From contig JAGQVR010000003.1 in assembly GCA_020437875.1 (NCBI GenBank), positions 1-48,013 of the forward strand: a stretch of 48,013 nucleotides of DNA. The letters run 5' to 3'. Source of the stretch: Flavobacteriales bacterium (GTDB taxonomy: Bacteria > Bacteroidota > Bacteroidia > Flavobacteriales_F > PHOS-HE28). Shown in pieces: positions 9,602 through 18,551 of the stretch (position 1 is its first letter; the number at the start of each line of letters is the position of its first letter). The translations under genes were made by a program, and so were the position numbers. The notes below the pieces were generated by a model. The model saw only the letters and a list, made by a program, of their open reading frames with translations. It was not told the DNA's origin and made no database searches.

Positions 9602-9758
9602 GGTTGGTTGATTAACACCCGTAGGTCTCGTTCTCAACGAATGGACGGAACAACACCCATCGGGAGGCCGCAAGTTAATCCGATGACCTTCGGGACGCAA
9701 GAACTTCGTCCGGTGCCCCATTCGGGGCCACCGCCATGGCTGCATGCCCGATGACCCT

Positions 9759-9798
9759 AAAAACCGAACAGGGGCCCCTCATCGGGACCCCTGCGCGG
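9759..9798 (-). terminator. Rho-independent terminator about 100 nt downstream of the response-regulator stop
   Basis: The minus strand reads CCGCGCAGGGGTCCC-GATGA-GGGGCCCCTGTTCGG-TTTTT. It has a 10-bp core stem with one G-U pair (a C-A mismatch on the plus strand), a 3-bp extension and a T5 tract. Confidence 0.6.
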
Positions 9799-9900
9799 TA
9801 AACCTGCAAGGAATATGGAACCAGAATAGGTCAGGAAGACCGACCCTTCTGAGTACAAGACGGGGCCCGTTGAGGAGGGTTGCCAGCCCGACTAAAATAA

Positions 9901-10605
9901 TTACCGGGTGAACTTGTAGCCCACCCCCCGGATCGAATGGAAGTGCCTGGGTTCCCGGGGGTCAGGCTCAAAATATTTCCGGAAACCGACGATGAAATTG
10001 TCCACCGTCCGGGTCGTCGGGAACACGTTATAGCCCCAGACCTTCTGCAGGATCTCTTCCCGAGAGACGACCTCTCCCTCCCGTTCCACCAGAAGCCGCA
10101 ACAACATCATCTCACGCTGGCTCAAGGTCTTCCGCAGTCCTCCCTGACCCTTGACCTCGTATCGCTGGAAATCGACCTCATTATCCCCGAAGGTGAAGGA
10201 CTCCAGCACCGTACCCACGACCTTGCCATTGGACCTGTCCACGAGCTTGGCCACGCGCAGCAGTAGCTCCTCCAACTCGAACGGTTTGGCCAGGTGGTCC
10301 TCTCCGGCCTTGAGGCCTCGGATCCGATCGGGGGCACCTGCCCGGGCCGTGAGGAATAGCACCGGGGTCGCGTTGCCCTCGAGGCGGATGGTCTCCACCA
10401 CGGTGAATCCGTCCATTCCTGGGAGCATCACGTCCATCACCACCACATCATACCGCGCACCGCGGAGCCGCTGCAATGCATCGGGCCCGGTAACAGCGGT
10501 CGTTACATCGTACCCCTCCAGTTCGAAGTTGAGGCGCAGGGTGGAACGCAGCGCATCCTCATCCTCCACAAGGAGCAGGCGCGGCTTGGATGCGTTCCCT
10601 TCCAT
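9901..10605 (-). CDS. OmpR/PhoB-family response regulator (receiver plus winged-helix)
   Basis: Receiver signatures are 'LLLVEDEDAL', 'VVVMDVMLPGMDG', 'LFLTA' and 'AKPF'. The C-terminal trans_reg_C signature is 'SQREMMLLRLLVEREGEVVSREEIL..VWG...RTVDNFIVGFRKY...IRGVGY'. There is no histidine kinase nearby. Confidence 0.85.
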   Translation of the reverse strand: MEGNASKPRLLLVEDEDALRSTLRLNFELEGYDVTTAVTGPDALQRLRGARYDVVVMDVMLPGMDGFTVVETIRLEGNATPVLFLTARAGAPDRIRGLKAGEDHLAKPFELEELLLRVAKLVDRSNGKVVGTVLESFTFGDNEVDFQRYEVKGQGGLRKTLSQREMMLLRLLVEREGEVVSREEILQKVWGYNVFPTTRTVDNFIVGFRKYFEPDPREPRHFHSIRGVGYKFTR

Positions 10606-10627
10606 TCCCGCAAAGATGGTCCACGGC

Positions 10628-10635
10628 TACCTTTG
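10628..10635 (+). promoter_or_regulatory. Bacteroidota -7 box (TACCTTTG) upstream of the men operon
   Basis: Perfect TAnnTTTG match 18 nt upstream of the thioesterase ATG, in the 47-nt divergent intergenic region. Confidence 0.4.
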
Positions 10636-10652
10636 TCGCCCACCGATCATCG

Positions 10653-11072
10653 ATGAGATTCACCACCCAGCACGTTGAAGCAGCCAGCACCCTCCGGGCC
10701 AACACCCTGGTCGAGCACCTGGACATCCGATTCGGTGTGGATGGGGACGGCCGCCTGCAGGCCAGCATGCCGGTGGATGAGCGGACGCACCAACCCATGG
10801 GGCTCCTCCATGGCGGGGCCACTGCCGCGCTCGCCGAGACCCTGGGAAGTGTCGGTTCCGCTTTGTTGATCGACCTTAGGACACAAGCCACGGTCGGAAT
10901 GGAGATCACGGCCAACCACCTGCGGGGCGTGAAGGAAGGCCGCGTGACCGCCACCGGTGAACTCGTTCATCAAGGCAACAAGACACACGTTTGGGACATC
11001 CGCGTGCATGACGAGGCGGGCAGGCTCATCGCCATCTGCCGGCTCACCAACATGATCATCGACCGCCGATGA
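10653..11072 (+). CDS. PaaI/YdiI-type hotdog thioesterase, probable 1,4-dihydroxy-2-naphthoyl-CoA hydrolase
   Basis: 139 aa from the internal ATG. It carries the 'HQPMGLLHGGATAALAETLGS' hotdog motif. It is the first gene of the men operon and overlaps menF by ATGA. The specific function is inferred from this context. Confidence 0.7.
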   Translation: MRFTTQHVEAASTLRANTLVEHLDIRFGVDGDGRLQASMPVDERTHQPMGLLHGGATAALAETLGSVGSALLIDLRTQATVGMEITANHLRGVKEGRVTATGELVHQGNKTHVWDIRVHDEAGRLIAICRLTNMIIDRR

Positions 11073-12175
11073 CGACCAGCGCCCTGCATCAGGCCCTCAC
11101 CCATGCCCTCCAGCATCGGCTCACCTTCGCGGCGTTCCGGCTTCCCGGCAGCACCAACGTGACCATGTGGGCGCAACAGACGCCCGAACTGGACCGTGTG
11201 GAGAGCGGCCTGTGGTGGGAGCTGAACGACGTGTTCCTCCTCTCCCCTTTCCGCCTGTCCGACCGGACGCCGCTGATCCGTTCCGACGTGGAACTGACCT
11301 TCGGTGATGCAGAACCCCATTGGCAGCGTTTGCTGGAATGCACCGGGAGCAACGAAGCGCCCGTAGCAGCGCGCCGAACATCGACACCCCGTGAGCGCTT
11401 CCTCCATGCGGTCGGGCAAGCGCAGCAGCAGTGCGCCTCGGGAGCCGCGGAGAAGATCGTGCTCTCCCGGACCGTGGTGCTGCCTGTTGGCGCAGTGGAT
11501 GCCCCAGGCCTCTTCGAGGAAGCGCTCCTGAAGTTGCCGGATGCCTTCGTGGCGTTGGTCGCCACCCCGGAGCATGGTCTATGGCTCGGAGCAACACCTG
11601 AACGACTATTACTGGCGGAGAACGATACCATGCAGGTGGATTCCGTCGCCGGAACGGCCCCCGTGGAACGGGCAGCCACCGAGCCCGGTGGCTGGGGAGA
11701 GAAGGAACGCCACGAACAACGCGTCGTCACCAAACGGATCGTCGGGGACCTGATCGATCAGGGTGCCCGGGACATCCTCATCACCGGTCCGGAAGTCCTC
11801 ATCGCCGGACCCGTGGCCCACCTGCGAACCCGGATCACCGCGCAGGTGGAAAGCCGTGGTATCGAGGAACTCGTGGCCACGATCCATCCCACACCCGCTG
11901 TTTGCGGGATCCCTTCGGACAAGGCCCGCGAGAGCATCGCCGCGTTGGAGGACCGGGACCGCGAGCTCTATGCGGGGTTCTGGGGACCGTGGAGCGCGGA
12001 TGGACGCATGGAACTCTTCGTGAACATCCGATGCATGCGGATACATCCGGACCATGCCGAGCTGCGCGTTGGCGGAGGGATCACAGCGGGTTCCATCCCG
12101 GAACAGGAATGGGAGGAGACCGAGCACAAAGCCGATAGCTGGCGGCAACTGATCCGCACCCCGATACCGGCTTGA
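11069..12175 (+). CDS. menF: Isochorismate synthase
   Basis: Chorismate-binding C-terminal region: 'HPTPAVCG', 'RELYAGFWGPW...ELFVNIRCM' and 'GGGITAGSIPEQEWEET'. The men operon context supports the call. Confidence 0.85.
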   Translation: MTTSALHQALTHALQHRLTFAAFRLPGSTNVTMWAQQTPELDRVESGLWWELNDVFLLSPFRLSDRTPLIRSDVELTFGDAEPHWQRLLECTGSNEAPVAARRTSTPRERFLHAVGQAQQQCASGAAEKIVLSRTVVLPVGAVDAPGLFEEALLKLPDAFVALVATPEHGLWLGATPERLLLAENDTMQVDSVAGTAPVERAATEPGGWGEKERHEQRVVTKRIVGDLIDQGARDILITGPEVLIAGPVAHLRTRITAQVESRGIEELVATIHPTPAVCGIPSDKARESIAALEDRDRELYAGFWGPWSADGRMELFVNIRCMRIHPDHAELRVGGGITAGSIPEQEWEETEHKADSWRQLIRTPIPA

Positions 12176-12178
12176 TCG

Positions 12179-13873
12179 ATGACAAGTGATCATTTCGCCG
12201 CCTCCGAGCTGGCCCGCCTCTGCGCCGCGAAAGGCGTGAAGCACGCCGTGATCAGCCCGGGGAGCCGAAGCGCTCCGTTGGTCATCGCCTTCCATGAACA
12301 AGTGGGGATCGCGTGTCTTCGCGTGATCGACGAACGGAGCGCGGCCTTCTTCGCCCTTGGCATGGCGCAGCAACTGCATGCTCCGGTGGCCTTGATCTGC
12401 ACGAGCGGAAGTGCCGTGTTGAACTACGGACCTGCGATCGCCGAGGCGTATTACCAGCGCATACCCCTGTTGGTGATCACCGCTGATCGACCGGAGGAAT
12501 GGGTGGACCAGGGCGAAGGCCAGGCGATCCGGCAACAGGGCGTGCTGGCGCTCCACATGAAGCGCAGCGTACAACTGCCGCGCATCACCAGCAATGAGCT
12601 GGCACGCTGGCATTGCGGACGCTTGATCAACGAAGCGATCGATGGGACCCTGCTCCCTGTTCCCGGCCCGGTGCATGTGAACGTGCCCTTCGCCGAGCCG
12701 TTGTACGGACGGACGGAGAACAAGACCGATGTTCAGGATCTTTCGCGCTTCATCGCGCCGGTGATGACAGAGTCCTTCATCCTGCCGGACCATGCCCGCT
12801 GGTTGATCGGCCAGCTCTCGGCCTGCAGGAAGGTGATGGTGCTGGCCGGGCAGGGCACCTGGAGCGAAGGCATGCGCAAGCAACTCGTGCAGTTCGCTTC
12901 ACTTCCACAGGTGACCGTACATACCGAAGCGACCAGCAACCTCGACGATACGGCCTTCATCACCACGATCGATCGCCTGATCGAAGCGGTGAGCGACAAG
13001 AACGAGAAGGATCTGCGCCCCGAGCTGTTGATCACCTTCGGCGGTGCGGTGGTGAGCAAGCGGATCAAGACCCTGCTGCGCAAGTGGCGACCGCTGCAGC
13101 ACTGGAATGTGGACGCAGGACAGCGCCATTACGACACCTACCAGAGCCTCACCCACGACATCGCGGTGAGCCCGGAGATCTTCTTCGCACAGCTCGCACC
13201 CGGCGTACAGCCGAACGAGAGCTTCTACGGACAAGCCTGGAAGATGATGGACGAGAGCACCCGGGGCAAGCACAACAGGATCATCGCCTCGGCGCCCTTC
13301 TGCGACCTCACCGTCTTCAACACGCTGAACGACCGGATCCCCGGCGCCAGTGCGGTGCAACTGGCCAACAGCACACCGGCGCGCTATGCCCAGCTCTTCG
13401 ATCGGGTGCGGGACATCCGCTGGTTCAGCAACCGGGGGACAAGCGGTATCGATGGGTGCACGAGCACGGCCGCCGGCGCTGCCTTCGCGACGAAGAAACC
13501 CACCACGCTCATCACCGGCGATACGGCCTTCTGCTACGACAGCAATGCCTTCTGGAACGACCACCTGTCGCCGGACCTGAAGGTGATCGTGATCGACAAC
13601 GGTGGCGGCAACATCTTCCGGTTCATTGAAGGGCCGGACAAGGACACTGAACTGCTACCGTGGTTCGAAGCACCGCATGCGCGCAGCATCGAAAAACTGG
13701 CGAAAAGCTTCGACCTCCCCTACTATCACGCCAACGACCAGGCTTCACTGGAAGCCGGGCTGGACGAGCTTTATGCGCCGCACGACAGGCCGGCCGTACT
13801 GCACATCACAACGGATCCGGAGACTTCGCCCAAGGTGCTCCGTGACTACTTCAACCAACTCCGCACTTCATGA
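12179..13873 (+). CDS. menD: 2-succinyl-5-enolpyruvyl-6-hydroxy-3-cyclohexene-1-carboxylate (SEPHCHC) synthase
   Basis: 564 aa. It has a ThDP-enzyme N-terminus 'ISPGSRSAPL' and the ThDP-binding motif 'GDTAFCYDSNAF...VIDNGGGNIF'. Confidence 0.9.
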   Translation: MTSDHFAASELARLCAAKGVKHAVISPGSRSAPLVIAFHEQVGIACLRVIDERSAAFFALGMAQQLHAPVALICTSGSAVLNYGPAIAEAYYQRIPLLVITADRPEEWVDQGEGQAIRQQGVLALHMKRSVQLPRITSNELARWHCGRLINEAIDGTLLPVPGPVHVNVPFAEPLYGRTENKTDVQDLSRFIAPVMTESFILPDHARWLIGQLSACRKVMVLAGQGTWSEGMRKQLVQFASLPQVTVHTEATSNLDDTAFITTIDRLIEAVSDKNEKDLRPELLITFGGAVVSKRIKTLLRKWRPLQHWNVDAGQRHYDTYQSLTHDIAVSPEIFFAQLAPGVQPNESFYGQAWKMMDESTRGKHNRIIASAPFCDLTVFNTLNDRIPGASAVQLANSTPARYAQLFDRVRDIRWFSNRGTSGIDGCTSTAAGAAFATKKPTTLITGDTAFCYDSNAFWNDHLSPDLKVIVIDNGGGNIFRFIEGPDKDTELLPWFEAPHARSIEKLAKSFDLPYYHANDQASLEAGLDELYAPHDRPAVLHITTDPETSPKVLRDYFNQLRTS

Positions 13874-13925
13874 ACGCTGTGCATCCGTTGCGTTCATCGC
13901 GTCGTTGCGGTCCAACTGAATTGAA

Positions 13926-14747
13926 ATGAGCTTTCGCAACTGGAAGACCATCAAGGAATACACGGACATCAAGTTCGAGTTCTTCGAGGGCATCGCCAAG
14001 ATCACGATCGACCGGCCCGAGGTGTACAACGCCTTCCGGCCGGACACGAACAAGGAGATGATCGATGCGATGGACATCGCCCGCGAGGATCCGGCCATCG
14101 GGGTGGTGGTGCTCACCGGCGCCGGCGACAAGGCCTTCTGCAGTGGCGGAGACCAGAACGTGAAAGGACGCGGCGGCTACATCGGAACGGACGGTGTGCC
14201 ACGCCTCAACGTGCTCGACCTGCACAAGCGCATCCGCGAGCTGCCCAAGCCCGTGGTGGCCATGGTGAACGGTTACGCGATCGGAGGCGGTCATGTGCTG
14301 CATGTGGTGTGCGACCTGACCATCGCTGCCGATCATGCGCGCTTCGGACAGACCGGCCCGAAGGTGGGCAGCTTCGATGCCGGCTTCGGCAGCAACTACC
14401 TCGCCCGCCATGTGGGCCAGAAGAAAGCGCGCGAGATCTGGTTCCTCTGCCAGCAGTACACCGCGAAGGAGGCCGAGGACATGGGCATGGTGAACAAGGT
14501 GGTGCCTCTTGCTGATCTTGAGGACACGACCGTCGAGTGGTGCCGGATCATGATGCAACGCAGCCCGCTCGCCCTGCGCATGATCAAGCGTGGCTTGAAC
14601 GCCGAACTGGATGGTCAACGTGGGTTGATGGAGTTCGCCGGAGACGCCACCTTGATGTACTACCTGATGGACGAGGCGCAGGAAGGGCGGAACGCGTTCC
14701 TGGAGAAGCGGGCGCCGGATTTCCAGAAGTTCCCGAAATTCCCGTAG
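13926..14747 (+). CDS. menB: 1,4-dihydroxy-2-naphthoyl-CoA synthase
   Basis: 273-aa crotonase fold with '[17 protein letters not shown]' and 'VNGYAIGGG'. The C-terminal '[17 protein letters not shown]' is typical of MenB. Confidence 0.95.
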   Translation: MSFRNWKTIKEYTDIKFEFFEGIAKITIDRPEVYNAFRPDTNKEMIDAMDIAREDPAIGVVVLTGAGDKAFCSGGDQNVKGRGGYIGTDGVPRLNVLDLHKRIRELPKPVVAMVNGYAIGGGHVLHVVCDLTIAADHARFGQTGPKVGSFDAGFGSNYLARHVGQKKAREIWFLCQQYTAKEAEDMGMVNKVVPLADLEDTTVEWCRIMMQRSPLALRMIKRGLNAELDGQRGLMEFAGDATLMYYLMDEAQEGRNAFLEKRAPDFQKFPKFP

Positions 14748-14759
14748 AGCCTGGTGATC

Positions 14760-15227
14760 ATGAAGAAGGTCCGAGCATGCCTGTTTCTCGCACTCCTTTG
14801 CATCGCCAGTGTGGTGGAAGCGGGTTCCGGAACCGCGACTCTTACATGTCGGTCTGCCTCCGGACGAACATCGTTCAGTGCCCAACTTCAGGATATTGTC
14901 GGCATGTTCGAGGGTGGCAGTCTTGTGATCGATGGTGTGGCTCAGGACTTCAGAAGCGAGGATGGGGATGACTGCACCGAGGTGGTATGGGACCCTGCCA
15001 ACGGCGTGTTCACAGTGACCTACACGCATGGAACACCGCAGGGCCCTGTGTGGTTCCGCTTCTGGGCAATCCCGAGTACATTCAAGACCATCTCCAATGA
15101 TCGAGGTTCCGATCCAGGTGAGGTTTATGAGTTCGATGGCATTATCGAAGCGCGTGAACCTCGACCGGGCAAGGATCTGATCACTCCACGGATCCGTATG
15201 ACCTGCCGCTTGGAATACCGCATTTGA
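14760..15227 (+). CDS. Hypothetical secreted protein (155 aa) with atypical codon usage, inside the men operon
   Basis: Signal peptide 'MKKVRACLFLALLCIASVVEA|GS'. I recognise no family. 63 of 155 codons end in A/T, against 4 of the first 60 in menB. A GTG two codons upstream (14754) is an alternative start. Confidence 0.55.
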   Translation: MKKVRACLFLALLCIASVVEAGSGTATLTCRSASGRTSFSAQLQDIVGMFEGGSLVIDGVAQDFRSEDGDDCTEVVWDPANGVFTVTYTHGTPQGPVWFRFWAIPSTFKTISNDRGSDPGEVYEFDGIIEAREPRPGKDLITPRIRMTCRLEYRI

Positions 15228-15228
15228 G

Positions 15229-16143
15229 GTGAAACACTGGCTCCAAGCATTCAGGTTGCGGACGTTACCCTTGGCGGTGAGCAGCATCATCGTGGGGAGT
15301 GCATTGGCCGCGATCGTGGACCCAAGCGTGATGGGCCATCCGGGTTTTCGAGGTGGGGTGTTCGCATTGGCGCTGACCACGGCCATCCTCCTCCAGGTAC
15401 TGAGCAACCTTGCGAACGATCTCGGAGATCACCAGCACGGTACGGACAATGCGGATCGGGTCGGCCCTCAACGCAGCGTGCAGAGCGGCGCGATCACCCC
15501 CACGCAGATGCGAAGAGGAATGTTCATTTGCGGCCTGCTCGCCCTCATCAGCGGTTGTGCATTGATCACGTTGGCACTTGGCTTCACCCTGTCGACCCTG
15601 CTGTTCCTCCTGCTCGGCCTGCTCGCTATCGGTGCGGCGGTCAGGTACACGTTCGGGAGCAACCCGTACGGATACGCCGGACTGGGGGATATGAGCGTAT
15701 TCCTGTTCTTCGGCATCGCTGGCGTATGCGGAACGTTCTACCTCCATACCACCGACTTCGCCTGGCCGGTCCTGTTCCCCGCCATTGCCTTGGGGTCGCT
15801 CAGCACGGGCGTGCTCAACATCAACAACATGCGCGACATCGTGAATGATGCCGCCAGTGGCAAACGGACCATGGTGGTGCGCATGGGTACGGCGAACGCC
15901 CGGATCTACCACACATTGCTCGTTCTGGGCGGGCTCCTTGGTCTCACCGGGTTCTCGCTATTGGCCGACCTCGGCTGGCCCATGTGGCTCTTCCTTCTCG
16001 TCGTGCCCGGCTTCATCGTCCACCTGAAAAAGGTGTGGACCACCAGCGAACCACGTGACCTCGACCCCCAATTGAAGGTCCTGGCCATGGGCACCTTCGT
16101 CACCGCGATCCTCTTCGGACTGGGCGTTATCCTTGCGATATGA
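15229..16143 (+). CDS. menA: 1,4-dihydroxy-2-naphthoate polyprenyltransferase
   Basis: UbiA-family membrane protein with 'NLANDLGDHQHGTD' (NDxxD) and the second Asp-rich region 'NNMRDIVNDAASGKRT'. It uses a GTG start 1 nt after the preceding stop. Confidence 0.9.
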   Translation: MKHWLQAFRLRTLPLAVSSIIVGSALAAIVDPSVMGHPGFRGGVFALALTTAILLQVLSNLANDLGDHQHGTDNADRVGPQRSVQSGAITPTQMRRGMFICGLLALISGCALITLALGFTLSTLLFLLLGLLAIGAAVRYTFGSNPYGYAGLGDMSVFLFFGIAGVCGTFYLHTTDFAWPVLFPAIALGSLSTGVLNINNMRDIVNDAASGKRTMVVRMGTANARIYHTLLVLGGLLGLTGFSLLADLGWPMWLFLLVVPGFIVHLKKVWTTSEPRDLDPQLKVLAMGTFVTAILFGLGVILAI

Positions 16144-17198
16144 TCGCTGCGCGTTGGATCGAACGGACCCTGGAACCACGCTTTGAGCTGGGCACATCGA
16201 AAGGCCCGATCAACGCGCGTACGGTGTGGTACCTGCTCGCCTGGCACACTGAGCGACCGGCGGTCATCGGCATCGGTGAGGCAGCTCTCTTTCCCGGCCA
16301 TAGCAAGGAGTTCCCTGCGGATGTGCGGACGAAGTTGATCGAACTGTGCGCCGATACCAGCGACTGGCAGCAACGGCTGAACACCGATCTCGTGGAGGTA
16401 CCCAGCGTGCGCTTCGCCGTGGAGCAATGCCTGCGCGATCTGGAGGTGAGCGGCACGAAGCAGCTCTTCCCGTCCGACTTCACACTGGGCCAGCGCGCGA
16501 TCCCGATCAATGGACTGGTGTGGATGGGCGACAAGGTCACGATGAAGCAGCGGATCCGCGAGCAGATCGACAAGGGCTTCACCACCGTGAAGATGAAGAT
16601 CGGCGCGATCGGCATCGACGACGAGCTGGAGCTATTGAAGGCCGTGCGCAGGGAACACGACGCGCACACCATCACCCTGCGTGTGGACGCGAACGGCGCC
16701 TTCGACCAACGGACCGTATATGATGTGCTGCAACGACTGTCCGACCTGGAGGTGGAGAGCATCGAACAACCGATCGCGCCCGGCCTCTACGAAGCCACGG
16801 CCGAGCTCTGTGCGGACACCCCCATTCCCATCGCCTTGGACGAGGACCTGATCGGCGTGAACCACCTCGACAGCAAACGTGACCTGCTCGATACCCTGCG
16901 ACCGCAGCACATCGTGATCAAGCCGAGCCTCGTCGGCGGTTGGGCCGCTGCTCATGAATGGATCGATCTCGCCAGGCAACGGGACATCGGCTGGTGGATC
17001 ACCAGTGCATTGGAAAGCAGCATCGGCCTCAATGCGATCGCGCAGTGGACCGCGACATTGCCGATCGATCGACCACAGGGACTCGGCACCGGAACCGTCT
17101 ATGCCAACAACGCCCCAGCGCCGTTGGAGGTGAAGGCAGGCGCGTTGTGGTACCGACCGGAGCTGGATTGGGACCTGCGACCGATCACCGCTTCCTGA
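16140..17198 (+). CDS. menC: o-Succinylbenzoate synthase (enolase superfamily)
   Basis: Enolase-superfamily residues are present: 'VKMKIG' (KxK), 'LRVDANGAF', 'IEQPI', 'IALDEDL' and 'VIKPSLVGG'. It overlaps menA by ATGA. Confidence 0.85.
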   Translation: MIAARWIERTLEPRFELGTSKGPINARTVWYLLAWHTERPAVIGIGEAALFPGHSKEFPADVRTKLIELCADTSDWQQRLNTDLVEVPSVRFAVEQCLRDLEVSGTKQLFPSDFTLGQRAIPINGLVWMGDKVTMKQRIREQIDKGFTTVKMKIGAIGIDDELELLKAVRREHDAHTITLRVDANGAFDQRTVYDVLQRLSDLEVESIEQPIAPGLYEATAELCADTPIPIALDEDLIGVNHLDSKRDLLDTLRPQHIVIKPSLVGGWAAAHEWIDLARQRDIGWWITSALESSIGLNAIAQWTATLPIDRPQGLGTGTVYANNAPAPLEVKAGALWYRPELDWDLRPITAS

Positions 17199-17215
17199 TC
17201 CCGTGCGGCATCCTC

Positions 17216-18337
17216 ATGGATGCTTGCGACCTTTGCGGCATGGCCTTCGTGTTCGATGCGATCACCGTGGATGGCAGGACCTTGCGTTCCGCGGATGCGA
17301 TGCAGCACTTCGACCGGCTTGCCGACTCTGGGGAGAGCGGCACATGGGCAACGCCGCTGCGTGCGCTCGTGCATGAACTCTTGAGCTACAAGACGCGGGC
17401 CCTGACCGTTCAGACCAGTGGTACCACAGGGCCGCCGAAGGCCATGAGCCTCCCGCGTCGCGACTTGGTGAACAGTGCCCGCCTCACCGCGGAGGTCTTC
17501 GGTTTGAAGAGCGGGGATCGCGCCCTGATGTGCCTGCCCGGTGCCTTCATCGCAGGCAAGATGATGATCGTGCGTGGCATGATCCTTGGCCTCGACCTGC
17601 ATGTGATCGATCCGCGTGGCAGCGTGCTGGACAACCTGCGCACCAAGGACCGGTTCCGGTTCGCGGCCATGGTGCCATTGCAGTTGCATCGCGCCATCCA
17701 GGAGGACCGCTCACGCGTGGAAGACCTGTTCGATACGATCCTGCTCGGAGGTGGTCCGGTGAGCGCGGTGTTCGCGGAGGACATCGCCATGTTGCGAACG
17801 AAGGTGTACCAGGGCTATGGAAGCACCGAGACCGTGACCCATGTGGCCATCCGTGGTTTGAACGCCGCTGCTGACCCAATGGAGTTCGGCATCGACGCAC
17901 CTTTCCGGGCGATCGGGAAGGTGAGCTTCGGGCGCGACCCACGGGGATGCCTTGTCGTGTACACGCCTCACCTCTCCGTGAAGCAGCATGTGACGAACGA
18001 CCTGGTGGAGTTGATCGATGACACGGACTTCCGCTGGCTCGGTCGCTACGACAACGTGATCCTGAGCGGCGGAAAGAAGATCTTCCCCGAAGGACTGGAA
18101 GCGAGGACGGCCGGTGTGATCCCCTATGCGCACTACTTCACCGCCACGCCGGATGACGTGCTCGGCCAGACGGTCAAGCTCGTTCTCGAAACGGACCGCC
18201 CGCAGGACGAAGTGCTTCCGGAGGTGATGGAGCGGATCATGGAGACGCTGGAACCGCACGAATGGCCGCGACGTGTGCAGGCCATCCGCAGCTTGGAACG
18301 AACAGGCACGGGCAAAGTGATCCGGCACCAGGAATGA
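17216..18337 (+). CDS. menE: o-Succinylbenzoate-CoA ligase (short Bacteroidota type)
   Basis: AMP-binding motifs 'VQTSGTTGPPKAM' and 'YGSTET', plus the C-terminal 'RTGTGKV'. The start is taken at the internal ATG after the menC stop (17240 is an alternative). The longer track ORF overlaps menC out of frame. Confidence 0.85.
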   Translation: MDACDLCGMAFVFDAITVDGRTLRSADAMQHFDRLADSGESGTWATPLRALVHELLSYKTRALTVQTSGTTGPPKAMSLPRRDLVNSARLTAEVFGLKSGDRALMCLPGAFIAGKMMIVRGMILGLDLHVIDPRGSVLDNLRTKDRFRFAAMVPLQLHRAIQEDRSRVEDLFDTILLGGGPVSAVFAEDIAMLRTKVYQGYGSTETVTHVAIRGLNAAADPMEFGIDAPFRAIGKVSFGRDPRGCLVVYTPHLSVKQHVTNDLVELIDDTDFRWLGRYDNVILSGGKKIFPEGLEARTAGVIPYAHYFTATPDDVLGQTVKLVLETDRPQDEVLPEVMERIMETLEPHEWPRRVQAIRSLERTGTGKVIRHQE

Positions 18338-18549
18338 GCGGCTTCCTCCTACTCCTGCTCTTCTACGCCGCCGCGTTCGTCATCGTGGTGTGGCCGTTAC
18401 ACTGGATGTTGCACCTGTTCCTCCGAAAGGAACGCTACGACCCGCGCTTCTACCGACAAGCCTCCTACTGGCGCCTGTACTTCTGGGTCTTCGGCACAGC
18501 GATGCTGATCACCTTCAGCGCCAACATCCTGCGCGGCCTGTTCAACTGA
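18334..18549 (+). CDS. 71-aa two-TM membrane peptide translationally coupled to menE
   Basis: 'MSGFLLLLLFYAAAFVIVVWPLHW...YWRLYFWVFGTAMLITFSANIL' contains two hydrophobic helices. It overlaps the menE stop by ATGA. Third positions are strongly G/C, as in native genes. Confidence 0.55.
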   Translation: MSGFLLLLLFYAAAFVIVVWPLHWMLHLFLRKERYDPRFYRQASYWRLYFWVFGTAMLITFSANILRGLFN

Positions 18550-18551
18550 GG

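Noticed and set aside
9602-9757. A GC-rich, hairpin-prone 156-nt leader upstream of the small T9SS gene, considered as a possible riboswitch or ncRNA.
   Set aside because: I recognise no known riboswitch core. Short stems of this kind arise by chance at this GC content. The ORF track is open here only because of a lack of stops.
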